Origin: Ministeria vibrans ATCC 50519
Taxonomy: Eukaryota; Protista; Filasterea
DNA length: 64,000 nucleotides
Direction of reading: 5' to 3'
Assembly (NCBI GenBank): GCA_943704425.1
Contig: CALSCP010002362.1
Location: forward strand, 21,053 to 85,052
Under the pieces are notes generated by a model. The model did not search any database. It saw nothing but the letters and a program-made list of their open reading frames with translations, and was not told the DNA's origin. Shown here in pieces: positions 1 through 11,916 of the stretch (position 1 is its first letter; each line of letters starts with the position of its first letter). The position numbers and the translations under genes are program-made.

Positions 1-1692
1 TGAGCACCTTGCCCTCAGCGCGCACTTCCCGCGTCATCAGATCCAAAATCGTCTTGGCATACTCGTACGTTTGCGTTTCGCTTGGCGCGCCGCTGTACTC
101 TCCATAGTTGGCCAATTCATCTGCAGAAGAAAAAAAAAAAGAGTGTGTTGTTGATGTTTTCAGTTACACAAATGAATGAGTTATTAATGAGTGCGTTTGT
201 TTCGTGTGTGTGAATGTAGTGTGCGTGAGTGAATTTTTGAGATTGCGACGGACCTGCAGCACCCAAGTCGCAGATGCTGTCGCTGTACACGACGGATGCA
301 CCGCCCCCAGCAACCATCGTCCACACGCGCCCCTTTGGGTTGAGAATCGTCAACTTCAAAGACGATCCTACAAACAACAAAAGCACCAACGGTTTGTTGT
401 GAGCACCTAGTTCCTTCGTATCCGTTTCCTTTCGTAATTTCGTACCACTCTTGGCATCAAGTTGGCTCACATACAGCTCTTCGGGAGTCATGGAGCGACC
501 AAAGGGCGCAGGAAAGTTAATTTCGCCCCAGACTGCGTGACATTGATGGGCGGCCGTCTCGTCAATCTTGGCGGCAAGGTCGAGGACGTGCACTGTGTCG
601 GTGCCCGTCATGACGAGCGGGTTGATCTCAAGGTAGGTAAAGTGCAGTCGTGCAAAGGTCCGGTGCAAGCCTTGGATGAAGCGCGCCAGTGCCTGAGAAT
701 AATACATATGTGCAAATGTGCAGTATACACATGTGAGTACAAAAGGTACGTCTTGTGGAAATAGTTCCGTTTGCTCGTACGGGACGACGGTTCTCGGGCA
801 CATTGACCAACAAAGAGTTGGCAGCTTCGTCCGAAAGGATTTCGTCAGCCGAGTTGAGTGCAGTAGGCACAGTGACGGTGAGTGCCTTGGCATCCACGTC
901 GCCGACATCCACGCCGCCTAAAAAAACAAAATTTAGTGCAATGCAATTTATGAATGTGATGGGACAGATAGCTGTACCTTCGTTGGTGAACATGATGCAG
1001 TCGCCCTCGTTGCAGCCGAGGATGGCAACGTAGTACTCGTCGGCGTCGCTATGGGGCACAAAGGGCGACACAATGAATCGGTGCAGCGTGCCTGACACAG
1101 CGCCCACCGACACCGTTGAGCCTTGCTTCTCCTTGATCCACGCAACGGCGCCCGCCCAGTCCACGTTGACCTTTACCAGCCCGAGCTTTCCACGACGCTT
1201 GATGAGCTGGAAATAGACGGGACAATACGCCACGAAAGGTTAAAATAGGCTCGTGGATGAGTTTGAAGAAATTGTGCTTTTGTTCCAACGACACGCTTTG
1301 CAGTGTTTCGGAGGATTACCTGGTCGGGTTTGGCCACGAGACGCTCGGTAAGAAGCCAGGGGTTCTCTTTGGCAAGAGCATCGAGGTCTGCAAGAACGAG
1401 CAAATGAGAAATAGACGTTAGGGAGATTTTGGTGATCGTGACATTGTCTTGAGCTGCAGTTCAGCACTTACCCGAGTCGACAGTGACAGCAACAGCTTTG
1501 ATGTCTACTTTGGGCGTAAGCGATTCTCGCAACAAACGCTAAGGGAGAGAGGAGGAGGTCAAAGGAGCACACGCGTGATCGGAAGTTCGGTGTTTGAAAA
1601 AAAGGCGAAAACAGAAGAAAACAGAAGAAAAACACAGAGTCAGAAGGAATTCTTACGAGTCCATCGACCTCGTGAATAGCCTTGGCGCTCAT
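1..1692 (-). CDS. ACLY: ATP-citrate lyase, N-terminal part (multi-exon; continues beyond window start)
   Basis: Starts MSAKAIHE at 1692; exons give [88 protein letters not shown]. Confidence 0.96.
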
Positions 1693-1829
1693 GACGGTGC
1701 GAAAAAGAGTTTATTTTGTGTTTTATAGATAGTCTCCGATTTTCAGATCGATCTCATTCATTGGCTGAGCCTGACATGACTTTTTTTTTCTCTCTCTCTC
1801 TCCCTCACTCTATCTCGCTTCTTTCAAAT

Positions 1830-4324
1830 ATGAGCAAGTGGGACAGACCGTGCACGACGCCAGTGCGTCGACAGACGGTGGCGCCGAAGACGGACTTGAC
1901 GCGGTGGCGTCTGACTGTGGCGGATGGGCGGCAGTACTGGACGTACCTTGACGACGACAGCGACGAGCGACTCGCCGAGGCGGTGCCGCTGTCGACGCGA
2001 TACCACCTGGGCATTGGAGACGGGGTGCTTATTGGCGAGGCGCGCGAGGATCGGCCGGACGTGGCGCCGACGGTGGACGAGGCGATGGAATCGGGAGTTG
2101 GATTCTTTGCGGCGTTGCAGACGGACGACGGCCACTGGGCCGGCGACTACGGCGGCCCCATGTTTCTCTTGCCAGGCCTGGCCATTGTCGAGCACGTGAC
2201 GGGCGGTCTGCAGCTGGGTGAAGCGCGTCGGGCGGAAATCTCGCGGTATCTCTTGAACATGCAGGCGGACGACGGCGGCTGGGGCATCCACATCGAGTCG
2301 GAGTCGACCGTGTTTGGCACGGTTCTCACCTACGTTGCACTGCGTCTCTTTGGTCTTGCGGCCGACAATGAGCGAGCCAAGGTAGCGATTCACAAAACAG
2401 AATTCATGTTGTTTTATTGACATCTTCGCACTTTGTACAGCGCGCTCGTGCATGGATTCAAGAGCATGGAGGGGCCATTCACATTCCTTCGTGGGGCAAA
2501 TTCTGGCTCTCTGTTGCCAATCTGTACAGTTGGGACGGCTCCAACTCGCTCTTTCCCGAAATGAACCTGCTGCCGCGCTGGGCACCCCTGCATCCCTGCA
2601 AGTTGTGGTCGTACACTCGCACCGTCTACATGCCAATGAGCTACTTGCAGGCGTTGCGGTTCCAGGCCCCGTTGAGCGACCTCATTATGGAGCTGCGTAG
2701 CGAGATCTACTGTGCGCCCTACGACACAATCGACTGGGCATCCACGCGCAATCTGGTGCACAAGATTGACTTGTACCGCCCGACGTCGCTTGTGTTCCGC
2801 TCCGTCCAACACATTCTCAATGCATACGAGCACTATGTGGTGGGGCGTGTGCCATTTCTGCGCAACCGCTCTCTGCGCTGGCTTGAGGAGATTCTCGATG
2901 CCGAAGACCGGTTCACCAAGTTTCTCGACATTGGGCCGGTGAGCAAGGCCATGCACGTCCTCATTGCATTTGTGCGTCACGGCGCTGCCTCGCACGAGTT
3001 CCGCCAGCACGTCGATCGCGTCAAGGACTACCTATGGATGGGACGCGACGGCATGAAAATGAACGGCACCAATGGCTCGCAGCTGTGGGACACGGCGTTT
3101 GCGCTGCAGGCGGCGGCGTGTCTGCCCGAGTCCTTGCGCAAACGCCATGCGCCAGTGCTCGCCCGCGCTGCCCGGTTTGTCGACCACATGCAGATTCGCA
3201 CAGACCACCCGGACCATGACAGATACTATCGCGATCGCTGTCAGGGTGGCTGGCCCTTTAGCACGCGTGACATTGGATGGCCCGTTGCCGACTGCACAGT
3301 ACAAGAGAGAGACAGAACGAGAGAGAGAAAGGGAGAGAAGAAAAAAGCAAAGTGATAGAGATAGAGAGGAGAAAGAAACGAAGTGATATAGAGAGAGTAG
3401 AAAGAAACAAAGTGATAGAGAAGTGACAAGTTGTATAAATTATTTATTGTTAGGCGGAAGGACTGAAAGCGTCGCTTGTGAGCACTCGATATGGGATGAC
3501 AGACGCACCGCTGTCGCAGGAGCGTCTTGAAGACGCCGTGGACCGTCTGTTGGCGTACCAGAGCAGCAATGGTGGATATGCGACGTGTGAGCGCATGCGC
3601 GGAGCCCCCTGGTTTGAGCTGTTCAATGCCAGTGAGGTTTTTGGCGACATTATGATTGACTACACGGTAAGAACAAGTGTGGCGTGATTCACAAGCGACT
3701 TGACACTTCCTGCTTCCTTTTTTTTTTTTGTAGTATGTGGAGTGCACGAGTGCGGTGGTGCAGAGCCTGTGCTACTTTCGCTCGATGCACGAGACGTACC
3801 GCCGACGCGAGATGGACGCGTGTGTGGGAAAGGCGGTGGCGCATGTACGATCATTGCAGCGCACTGATGGCTCGTGGGAAGGGCTGTGGGGTGTGTGTTT
3901 CACGTATGCGACGTGGTTTGGCGTGGCTGCGCTGGCGAGTGCCGGGGTGGATGTGCGACGCGATGAGGCGGTGGAGCGGGCGTGTGCGTTCCTGGTGGCG
4001 CACGAGCACCCCGAGGGTGGCTGGGGCGAGTCCTTCCTGTCGTGTGTGACGCGCGAGTATGTCTCCACCGACCATCCAATGGTGGTTAACACCGCCTGGG
4101 CACTCTTGACACTGCTCGATGCGCAGAGCACGCACACGGACGTTATTGAGCGCGCCGTGCGGGTGCTTCTGCGCCGTCAGTTGTGCTCGGGCGACTGGGC
4201 CGAAGAGAACATCATGGGTGTCTTCAACAAGAACTGCATGATCTCCTACTCAAACTACAAGAACATCTTCCCACTCTGGGCTCTGGCCCGCTACCGCCAG
4301 TGCTACCCCAACTCAGAGTTATAA
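1830..4324 (+). CDS. LSS: Oxidosqualene cyclase, lanosterol-synthase type (4 exons)
   Basis: TDLTRWRL, DGHWAGDYGGPMFLLPG, DGGWGIHIE, MNGTNGSQLWDTAF, catalytic DCT|AE split by an intron, QW repeats (QRTDGSWEGLWGVCFTYATWF), GVFNKNCMISYSNYKNIFPLWAL. Confidence 0.96.
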
Positions 4325-4400
4325 CTGATAAAACATAATAATTATTATTATTTTTTTTATTATTTTGCTATTGCTACACAACTTGACACCACCACCACCA

Positions 4401-5339
4401 CTATTGAAGTCCGCCCGGCGGTGGTTTGACCTTGATCGACTGAGTGAGGTCCTCTTCGACCTTTTTCAGCTGTTCGTTGCTGACCTCGTCAAGCTCCGTT
4501 TCGACCTGCTCGACAGCATGCACCTCGGGGATGTAGTGCATCATCATGCCTTCAATGCCGTTCTTGAGTGTCACCGTCGACGACGGACACGTTGCACAGG
4601 CGCCCTGCAGCTCCACACGGACGATGCCGTCGACAAACGACACGTAGCGAATGTCTCCGCCGTCCTCTTGAACAAAGGGACGGATTCGTGACTCGAGCAG
4701 TTCTTTGATGAGCACGACCGTCTCCGAGTCGCTCTCAAGGATGCGCGTGTCGTCGTGTTGCTGGTCACTGGCACCACCGTCGTCAAACGTCTCGTCGATG
4801 GTGGGCAAGCCCGACGAGAAAAAGTCTGTGATGGCCGCCCACAAGTCGGGCTTGAGCACCGTCCACGCGTGCTCGTCGCTCTTGTTCACGCTGATAAACG
4901 TCTCGCCCAGCATGACTCCCGTGACACCGTCGACGCGAAACAAGGCGCGCGCCAACGGCGACCGCTGCGCCGCTTTGAAGTCCCGAAACTCGTACGTGCC
5001 CGAGTCGACCACGCTGACGCCCGGTACAAACTTGAGCGCGTTCGGGTTGGGCGTTTCGTACGTCTAACGAATGAAAAACGTAAGAAGAAGGGAAAAAAGG
5101 AAGGATAGAGAATAAACCTGAATAAACATAGAACGACTCGGTTGAGCGCACGGAGAGCGACGCAACATGAACAAGCGTGACTGTTGAGAGGGGCAGGCAA
5201 AGCGAGGGAACGCTGTGCGTGACGATGACAGCGCAAAGGTCGAGAGAGTGCGTCCAAGACGAGCACATCCTCGCACTGTGCCCTGCTGCTGCTGCTGCCT
5301 CACTGCGCGACCTACGACCGCCACGATGTGCTTCAGCAT
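4401..5339 (-). CDS. NFU1: Mitochondrial Fe-S cluster scaffold NFU1 (2 exons)
   Basis: Presequence-like N-terminus, MFIQ|TYETPNPNALKF, SPLARALF, IKELLESRIRPFVQEDGGDI, LQGACATCPSSTVTLKNGIE (CxxC). Confidence 0.95.
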
Positions 5340-5486
5340 GATTCAAATAATAACTATAATTTGAAGGATCGTTGAAGAATGATTTACTGAATGAAGTTTG
5401 AACTGCGATGACAAATCGACACTCACAGCTCAAAGGTGAAAGAGTTACAAAAAAAAAAAAAAAAAGTTTCAGCTTGTAAGACATTG

Positions 5487-5493
5487 NNNNNNN
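5487..5493. other. Assembly gap
   Basis: Run of N. Confidence 1.
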
Positions 5494-5699
5494 ACACCCT
5501 AAACCAAATAGCACAGAGCAGCGAATCGAGCGAAAATTGGGTCAGATATACACTCAATTCTTGACATCTTACAAACTGCAAAAGTTGCGAGTGTTAGCAA
5601 AATCGTCCAAAAAGATGCCTTCTTACAGACTGAGCAGCCCAACGTTGCCACGCCCAGAAGCGCAAGATAAGGAGTTAGAATCAATTGAAGCAATCATCC

Positions 5700-6154
5700 A
5701 GTCTATCTCAAACCTTCTACAGACAAACCTTTCGCTTTAGCACTCGTCAACCAAAAATCTCTTCTTACTTGCACAGTGATTGTCGAGAGATGGCGAGAAT
5801 CCCTCATTCCCTGCGTATGTAATCTCCTCCAGGTGCTCACGCAACTCTAAAATGGCTGCCGGGAGCGTCTTGAGCTTGCATTTCCCGACGTCCAGAAGCT
5901 TCGTCCAGAACAAAAAAAAAAGCGCCGACTCGTGAGAAGTCCTCACCCTTCTCTCCCCCTTTCCATACCTTGAGATTATTGAACTGTCCAATCCAGTCTG
6001 GGAGCACACCAAGCGGGTTGTCTGTCAACAGCAATTCCTGTAGAGAGTCAGCAAGAACTAGAATTTCGTCCGGGAGAGAGGTGAGCTCCATATTCCTTAG
6101 GTTCAAGGAATGGGACGTCCGAGCCTCTTGAATGCGTTCCTGTAGTGAAGACAT
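5700..6154 (-). CDS. Small leucine-rich-repeat protein (3' end uncertain)
   Basis: LNLRNMELTSLPDEI, LQELLLTDNPLGVLPDWIGQFNNLK|LLDVGKCKLKTLPAAI match the LxxLxLxxN consensus; GT-AG intron joins the two ORFs. Confidence 0.7.
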
Positions 6155-6396
6155 GCTTTTGTGACAAAGAAACAGAGAAAGAATGGTGTTTAACTTTTAA
6201 GTGTTTTTGAAAAAGGCTGTTCTGTTCGTTCGATCAACCCGACTGAACCTCCTCCCCTAAGCCCCTCAGTCCCTCACCAAGATCACTTCAATTCGCCACC
6301 TAAGGCTCCCCCAACCCCCCATGTCCAACGCCTTGTCATACTTTACACCGACGGGAACACTTTCACAGGCAGGAAACGAGCAATTTCGCTGCCGTC

Positions 6397-7362
6397 TTGA
6401 GTGCTTGTGGAGGCGGCGCGGCGGTGCGTGGTGGGTTAGGGTTCTTTTACTGCTGCATCCTGTTCATCTGCTTCTCCTGTGACTGGAAGGCAGTGCCTCT
6501 CGGACAGATGCAGTCCTTCTCCGCGTCCCTCACCGACTCGCTGTACGAGCTTGTGCGTCTGCGTTACGGAGAGCACCGGTGTCGTCGAGCGAGGCTCACC
6601 AACCGCATGCTCACGCGGACCCAGTCGCACCCTCACGAGACAGTGGTTGTACGACGCGGTGGCGGAGAGATCGAGTTCTTCGTGCTGCTGCATGTGGCGA
6701 TGGAGCTACCCACACTCGAGGTAGTCCACCGCACTCGGCACAGACACAAGCGCTACTGCGATCTGCGCACACAGATGAGCAGGGTGTCCGGGTGTGTAAC
6801 GAGAGTCAACCAATGGCCGCAGCGGCTGCAGTCGACGTTGGGCTCGCTCCGTCGCGAGATATCCCTCGTCGTTATTCTTGCTCAGGGACACTTTCCTGAA
6901 GTGTTGCTCTCCTTGATTGAGATCTATACCATTGAACATCCCTTTTCCACAACTACTTTCGCGGCCTTGCTGCCCCAGGCCATTAATTTTGGTATTACTT
7001 ATATACCTGAACTCGACCTCTTTCAAGACGTCCCCTACGTCGAGCTCGTTATGAGTATTGTCCTTTTTACAGCTTCAGTTGCAGTCTGGATTCTCGAATT
7101 CTTCAATTTTTCTTCTCTGAGACTTCGAGTTATTTTTGTCAGGATCTTTTCTGCCGCGCTTGGCTACATAATGCACTCCGCAATAGCACGCCGGAGAAGT
7201 TTGCAAGACAATCAAATTCCTCCCCCTAACGGACCCGAAGATGGAGATCCAGGTATTCAGAGTCTTGGGAAGGGATCTGCCAACACGAAGAACTCCCTGA
7301 GCTCATCCAAGGGTGGAACGGATTTCAATCCAAAATTTCGTTTGAGGACACCTTTTAAATGA
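6397..7362 (+). CDS. Hypothetical protein, possibly membrane-bound
   Basis: 321-aa ORF with hydrophobic segments in the C-terminal half; no recognisable motif; start uncertain. Confidence 0.3.
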   Translation: MSACGGGAAVRGGLGFFYCCILFICFSCDWKAVPLGQMQSFSASLTDSLYELVRLRYGEHRCRRARLTNRMLTRTQSHPHETVVVRRGGGEIEFFVLLHVAMELPTLEVVHRTRHRHKRYCDLRTQMSRVSGCVTRVNQWPQRLQSTLGSLRREISLVVILAQGHFPEVLLSLIEIYTIEHPFSTTTFAALLPQAINFGITYIPELDLFQDVPYVELVMSIVLFTASVAVWILEFFNFSSLRLRVIFVRIFSAALGYIMHSAIARRRSLQDNQIPPPNGPEDGDPGIQSLGKGSANTKNSLSSSKGGTDFNPKFRLRTPFK

Positions 7363-7629
7363 GTCTCGTGAGTGTGAAGAAGACGGGGGCAGACAGGTCG
7401 ATGGCGGCAAGACGGACTGTGAAAGCTCCCGTTCGAGTTTCCGTCGCTTGACGGCGGGTCCCTCGTCGTCGCTCTTCTCGCTCTTCCCACTCCTGTCGGC
7501 TGTGATCATTGTGGTCGCTGTGGTCGTAAGCGTCGACGTCCGGACGTAGAGAACGGCGATGTCGCAGAGAAACCGTGCAGTGGTGGCAAATCGGTCGTCA
7601 ATGTCGAGGCGCACTTCGTTCAAAACAAA

Positions 7630-7716
7630 CAAAGCAAAACACTTCAGATTCGCTCAGATTCGCAAAAACAAAAACACTTGAGATTGGCAAAAAACAAAAC
7701 ACTTGAGATTGGCAAA
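7630..7716. repeat. Short tandem repeat (~25 bp, ~3 copies)
   Basis: aaaacactt(c/g)agatt(c/g)gc repeated three times. Confidence 0.75.
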
Positions 7717-7868
7717 GCAATGTTTATTCACGCATAATCATAAACCAAGATCACCCGGTAGCACACGTCGTAGGAAATCTTGCGGGTGTTGTTATCCCTT
7801 CGCTTTGCGGCGCTGTGATCAAGAATATAACAATCGTAGAAGACTATTGCGTGAGTCTTTATTCAAAA

Positions 7869-9968
7869 TCAACAAACTTCAAGAGAGCCATAACCGGTGA
7901 TGGTTGTTGTCCCGGCTGTGGCAGCTTGGAGGCTTGTTTGGAGAGACTGGCACAGGGCCAAGCGAGTGTTGCCCGTGATGCTTGTGGTGGTGCCGATGGA
8001 CGTCACGGAGGAAAGGAAGTTGATGGAGACGAGCGCCGTGTCCTGGATCTGGAGGCTGTTGTCGATTGTTTGGAGGTTGTTGAATCCCTGAACACTGGTC
8101 AGAGCAGGAAAGTTGTTCAGGCGCAGAGAATGGGCACGCGAGAGGGAGGCGAAACCGGAAAAGGAGGTCAGTGATTGGATGAGAGTGAGTCGCAGTTCAC
8201 CGTCAGTGACTCGAGTGAGGTTGTTGAACGAGAGAGACGAGAACGATGTAAAAGAACTGGCGAGACCACCTGATATGGTGAAGGAGGAAGTTTGAGTGAG
8301 GGCAGGGAATGAGAGAGTGGTGAGATCACGCATTGAACCGTCCCCAGTCGCAGAAATAGAAAAGGAGGAAGTCTGAGTGAGGGCGGGGAATGACATGGAC
8401 GTGAGAAAACGCATTCCGTCATGCGCAGAGGCAGAAATAGAAAAGGAGGAAGTTTGAGTGAGGGCGGGGAATGACATCGAAGTGAGACGATACATTCCCT
8501 GATGCGCAGACGCAGAAAGAGAAAAGGAGGAAGTTTGAGTGAGGGCGGGAAATGACATGGAAGTGAGACCATGCATTCCGCCGGTATTTATAGACGCAGA
8601 AATAGAAAAGGAGGAAGTTTGAGTGAGGGCGGGGAATGACATGGACGTGAGAACACGCATTCCGTAATGCGCAGAGGCAGAAATAGAAAAGGAGGAAGTC
8701 TGAGAGAGGGCGGGGAATGACATGGAAGTGAGACCAATCATTCCGCTAGCTTCAGACGCAGAAATAGAAAACCCTGAAACCGTCTCCAACAACGGAAACG
8801 AAATTGTAGTCAAAAGTCCCATTTTCTGCGGCCCATCAGCAATACTGAAATCGCCGCCAACTTGAGTCAAGTTTGCCAATCCAAGAGATGTGATAGCAGT
8901 CATGCTTTTCACATCAAGCGCACCTCCAAGGGAACTCACGCCAAGTTCGTCCAGGCTCTGCAAACTACGGCAATCGTCCAGAACAAAGTCTCCGCCAATC
9001 ACAATCACCTTCTCCAGTCCCGCAAAGTCAGTCAGACCATCCATATTGGTCATTTCAAAGTTATTGGTGACGTGGGTCAGGTTCATAGAGCCAAAAGAAG
9101 TCATGCCCAAAGCAGAGAAGCCCCGCAAAGTGCCGTTGATTTGAGTCACATTGCCCATAAAGTCGCTGAGCACAATGAAGTCAACAATGCCTGAAAGAAC
9201 CACGTCGCCCGCGATAAAGTCGCACTCCTTGAGGCGCTCAAGGGATGAAGCTGAGGTAAAGACGCCGCCGGGGCAAACATTCGTGAGACATTGCTCTGTG
9301 TTACACGTGGTAGTGTCGACCAGTGACGGACAAGCGGCGCCACCATTCTGGGGATGCGTCAGAATGCTACGAAAGCGAAACTGCTCACCGCCGCCACAGC
9401 TGGCCGAGCATGAGCTCCAGTTTCCAGGAAGACCAAGAACGCAGTCCACTGGACATCCGTGTGTGTTGCAAGAGCGCATGTCCACTAGATTCACGGAGGC
9501 GTTGCATGATAGGCCGGGTATGTCGACGGTGACATTGCGGGAGCGGTTCTGTGTACCACCGTCGCAAAGGACCGAACAAAGCGAGTAATCCGAGTATTCA
9601 GAGTACTCGCAGGTGCCGGGAGTTGGCGCCGGTGGTGTTGAAGTTGTGTTGGTCGTGTTCAGACCAGCATGGTCAAGTAGCAGAGCGGTCGTGAAGGAGA
9701 GACTCGTCAGGCTGCGGCGCAGCTCTGTGTTCTCCGCGCGCAGAGTCGCGACATCTGATTGCAGCGTGGCAATCGCGGCAATTGCAGCATGCAAATTTGT
9801 CTCCGTGGCGCCGTCCTTGAGCATGATAGTGCCGCCCGTCGCCGCCTGGAGTACGAGGTCGTTGTTGATATCGCCGACGTACGACACCCCGATTGCTTCC
9901 GCTGGCAAGTCGATGGCGCACACCTTGCCGACGAGCAACAAAACGCACGGCACGATAGTAAGAAGCAT
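7869..9968 (-). CDS. Secreted protein: signal peptide, cubilin-N-like/coiled coil, 2x TSP1, receptor-L-domain/LRR-like solenoid (intronless, paralogue A)
   Basis: 699-aa ORF; MLLTIVPCVLLLVGKVCA signal; heptads IATLQSDVATLRAENTELRRSL; CSVLCDGGTQNRSR and WSSCSASCGGGEQFRFR; LKECDFIAGDVVL L-domain entry; 27-aa repeats LTSMSFPALTQTSSFSISA; no TM. Confidence 0.88.
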   Translation of the reverse strand: MLLTIVPCVLLLVGKVCAIDLPAEAIGVSYVGDINNDLVLQAATGGTIMLKDGATETNLHAAIAAIATLQSDVATLRAENTELRRSLTSLSFTTALLLDHAGLNTTNTTSTPPAPTPGTCEYSEYSDYSLCSVLCDGGTQNRSRNVTVDIPGLSCNASVNLVDMRSCNTHGCPVDCVLGLPGNWSSCSASCGGGEQFRFRSILTHPQNGGAACPSLVDTTTCNTEQCLTNVCPGGVFTSASSLERLKECDFIAGDVVLSGIVDFIVLSDFMGNVTQINGTLRGFSALGMTSFGSMNLTHVTNNFEMTNMDGLTDFAGLEKVIVIGGDFVLDDCRSLQSLDELGVSSLGGALDVKSMTAITSLGLANLTQVGGDFSIADGPQKMGLLTTISFPLLETVSGFSISASEASGMIGLTSMSFPALSQTSSFSISASAHYGMRVLTSMSFPALTQTSSFSISASINTGGMHGLTSMSFPALTQTSSFSLSASAHQGMYRLTSMSFPALTQTSSFSISASAHDGMRFLTSMSFPALTQTSSFSISATGDGSMRDLTTLSFPALTQTSSFTISGGLASSFTSFSSLSFNNLTRVTDGELRLTLIQSLTSFSGFASLSRAHSLRLNNFPALTSVQGFNNLQTIDNSLQIQDTALVSINFLSSVTSIGTTTSITGNTRLALCQSLQTSLQAATAGTTTITGYGSLEVC
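8270..8790 (-). repeat. Coding tandem repeat, 81-84 bp unit, ~6 copies with variable segment
   Basis: Near-identical blocks gaaaaggaggaagt(t/c)tgagtgagggcggggaatgacat at 81-84 bp spacing separated by divergent segments. Confidence 0.9.
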
Positions 9969-11916
9969 GATTCCCCTACTACAAGCAAATCATGAGAGAG
10001 AGCCACAAGTTGCGAAACAAAAATCAACAGCGCCTTCTCACACACCCGCTAGTTCGAAACGGTCTCAAATTATACTAGCAATGATGGGCCACAGACTTGA
10101 ATAGTTTACAAACAAAGGAAAGAGGGAAGAAAGGTTGGGATCAAGTGAGGTGACAAGCAAGAAGGCTGAAGAAGAAAACTCGGTCCCATTGAACCTACCG
10201 CACTTCAACAAGTGCCACTGTCCACTGACCACATATGAGACATACCCCAAGCAGAAGCGATGAATGAACGTAGAATTCCAGGCGGCACGAACGAAATGGA
10301 GAAAAGCAGAATGGAAGCAGAATGTCGAAAAGTCGCAAGACGTCGCCTCCGCCTGGCAAAAGGCTATTTTCGCATTCGCCCGCCACCAACGCGTCACGCG
10401 AGGTTGAGGGATTGGTCGCGTCCTTGAATGAGCGCACATCTTTTGACGAAAGTTGCGTTTTCAGCATAAAGGAAGGAATAAAACCCATCCCCAGCAACTG
10501 ACGACCACCATCGTCAAAGTCAGAGATACACACACCCGTCACTTACAACAGTGGGTGGGGCGGAAGCGGTTTACTTGTGCAGAATTTGCAGAATTCACAG
10601 ACGACGATTCTTTCAGCTTTATCAAAAAACAAGCGAGAGTCGCTCCCAAACAAAATCCTAAGCCTCCGGGACAAGTCGCACGCCACCATTGTAACACAAA
10701 CACTATATACAAGCCCCGGCGCCATGCGGCATCGTTATTAGATGGTCGTGAATGTATTGTCGTTTCAGTTTGGCGACACCAGAGCGAAAAATTCATTCGA
10801 ACAACTTCAGCGAGTCAGGGAGCAATACGGACAAGCTGAACAATGACATGTACGCTTTGGGCTTACTGTGTGTGATAGAGTCCGCGCAGGTTCTTCAAAC
10901 GTCCAGAGTTGATGAAAAAAGGAGACTCCCCAAGCCCAGAGCAGTTGATATTTTTTACGATTCTAGCCAGGCCGCACTCTTTTTTCACCCCTCCCAATCT
11001 TCTCAGCGTGCTTCACTGTCTCACTGAAGGTAGGCGGATGTTGTGAGCGTGTGAGAGAGAGAGAATCGGGGGGTTGAAGTTTTTTTTGTTGCGATTTGAA
11101 AACCTCCGCTGGAGCGGTTCCTCTGTCCTCAGTTTTGCAACATATGTTATATCTATCAGTGTGGAGGTGAACCTGTCGGGTTTTGGAAGCAGCGAGGCTT
11201 GTAGTGGAGCGAAAAGTTTCACACGGTTTTTTGAAGTTTTTTTTCCTTGCTTGTGCTTGTCTTTGGACAGACTGTGTGCTCAGTGTGTGGGGTTGGGAGA
11301 GCGGAATCTAACACTCAACCCAATGTTTTTTGTGTGTGGTGGTCTTTTCGAGTGGACCTGACAAAAAGCCAAAGAAGGTCCTTCGACAAAGATTTTATTG
11401 AAAAACTTGCTTACATACCGTCGCTGTGTGACTTTTTATTTGTTTGGCACTCGTTTTCTTGTTTGTCGAAATACGCTAAAGTAACAGCGAACTCAATTTT
11501 CGTTTTTTCCCAAGGTTGAGTTATTCCGTAACGCATTCGTTGAGGCTGGATAACAAAAATTCATCAAAAATGCCCCGATTCGCATGTACTTCTGGTAAGA
11601 GTTGGCGGAGGGTTCAGTTAAGATTTCGATATATACTGTTGGCTCGTACCAGGCGTTGTGTGGTGGACAAAGGGGATCCCTGTCACATTCCCTGCGTCGA
11701 TCGGTTGTCTCTGGTTCCAATATTGGCTGTTCTTTCTTTGTTGTGTCCTATTTGATACAGTCTTTCCCTGTGGGGTAAACGCCAAAGACATTGTACAGGG
11801 GTCTTCTCGCCCAGTTCTTGGTACCTGGGTCTTGCGCGCGAATTTGTGACTTGTTGTTGAATCTGCAAGAGTTTTCCCCTGCTTACACTCTCTGTAATCA
11901 CGTAGCGAACTTTGTC

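Noticed and set aside
6436-7026. Two in-frame minus-strand ORFs separated by one TAG (possible readthrough)
   Set aside because: No recognisable protein, overlaps a longer plus-strand ORF, and TAG acts as a normal stop in other genes here
8270-8790. Repeat-spacer pattern resembling a CRISPR array
   Set aside because: Units are multiples of 3 inside an intact eukaryotic ORF, non-palindromic, and no cas genes are present
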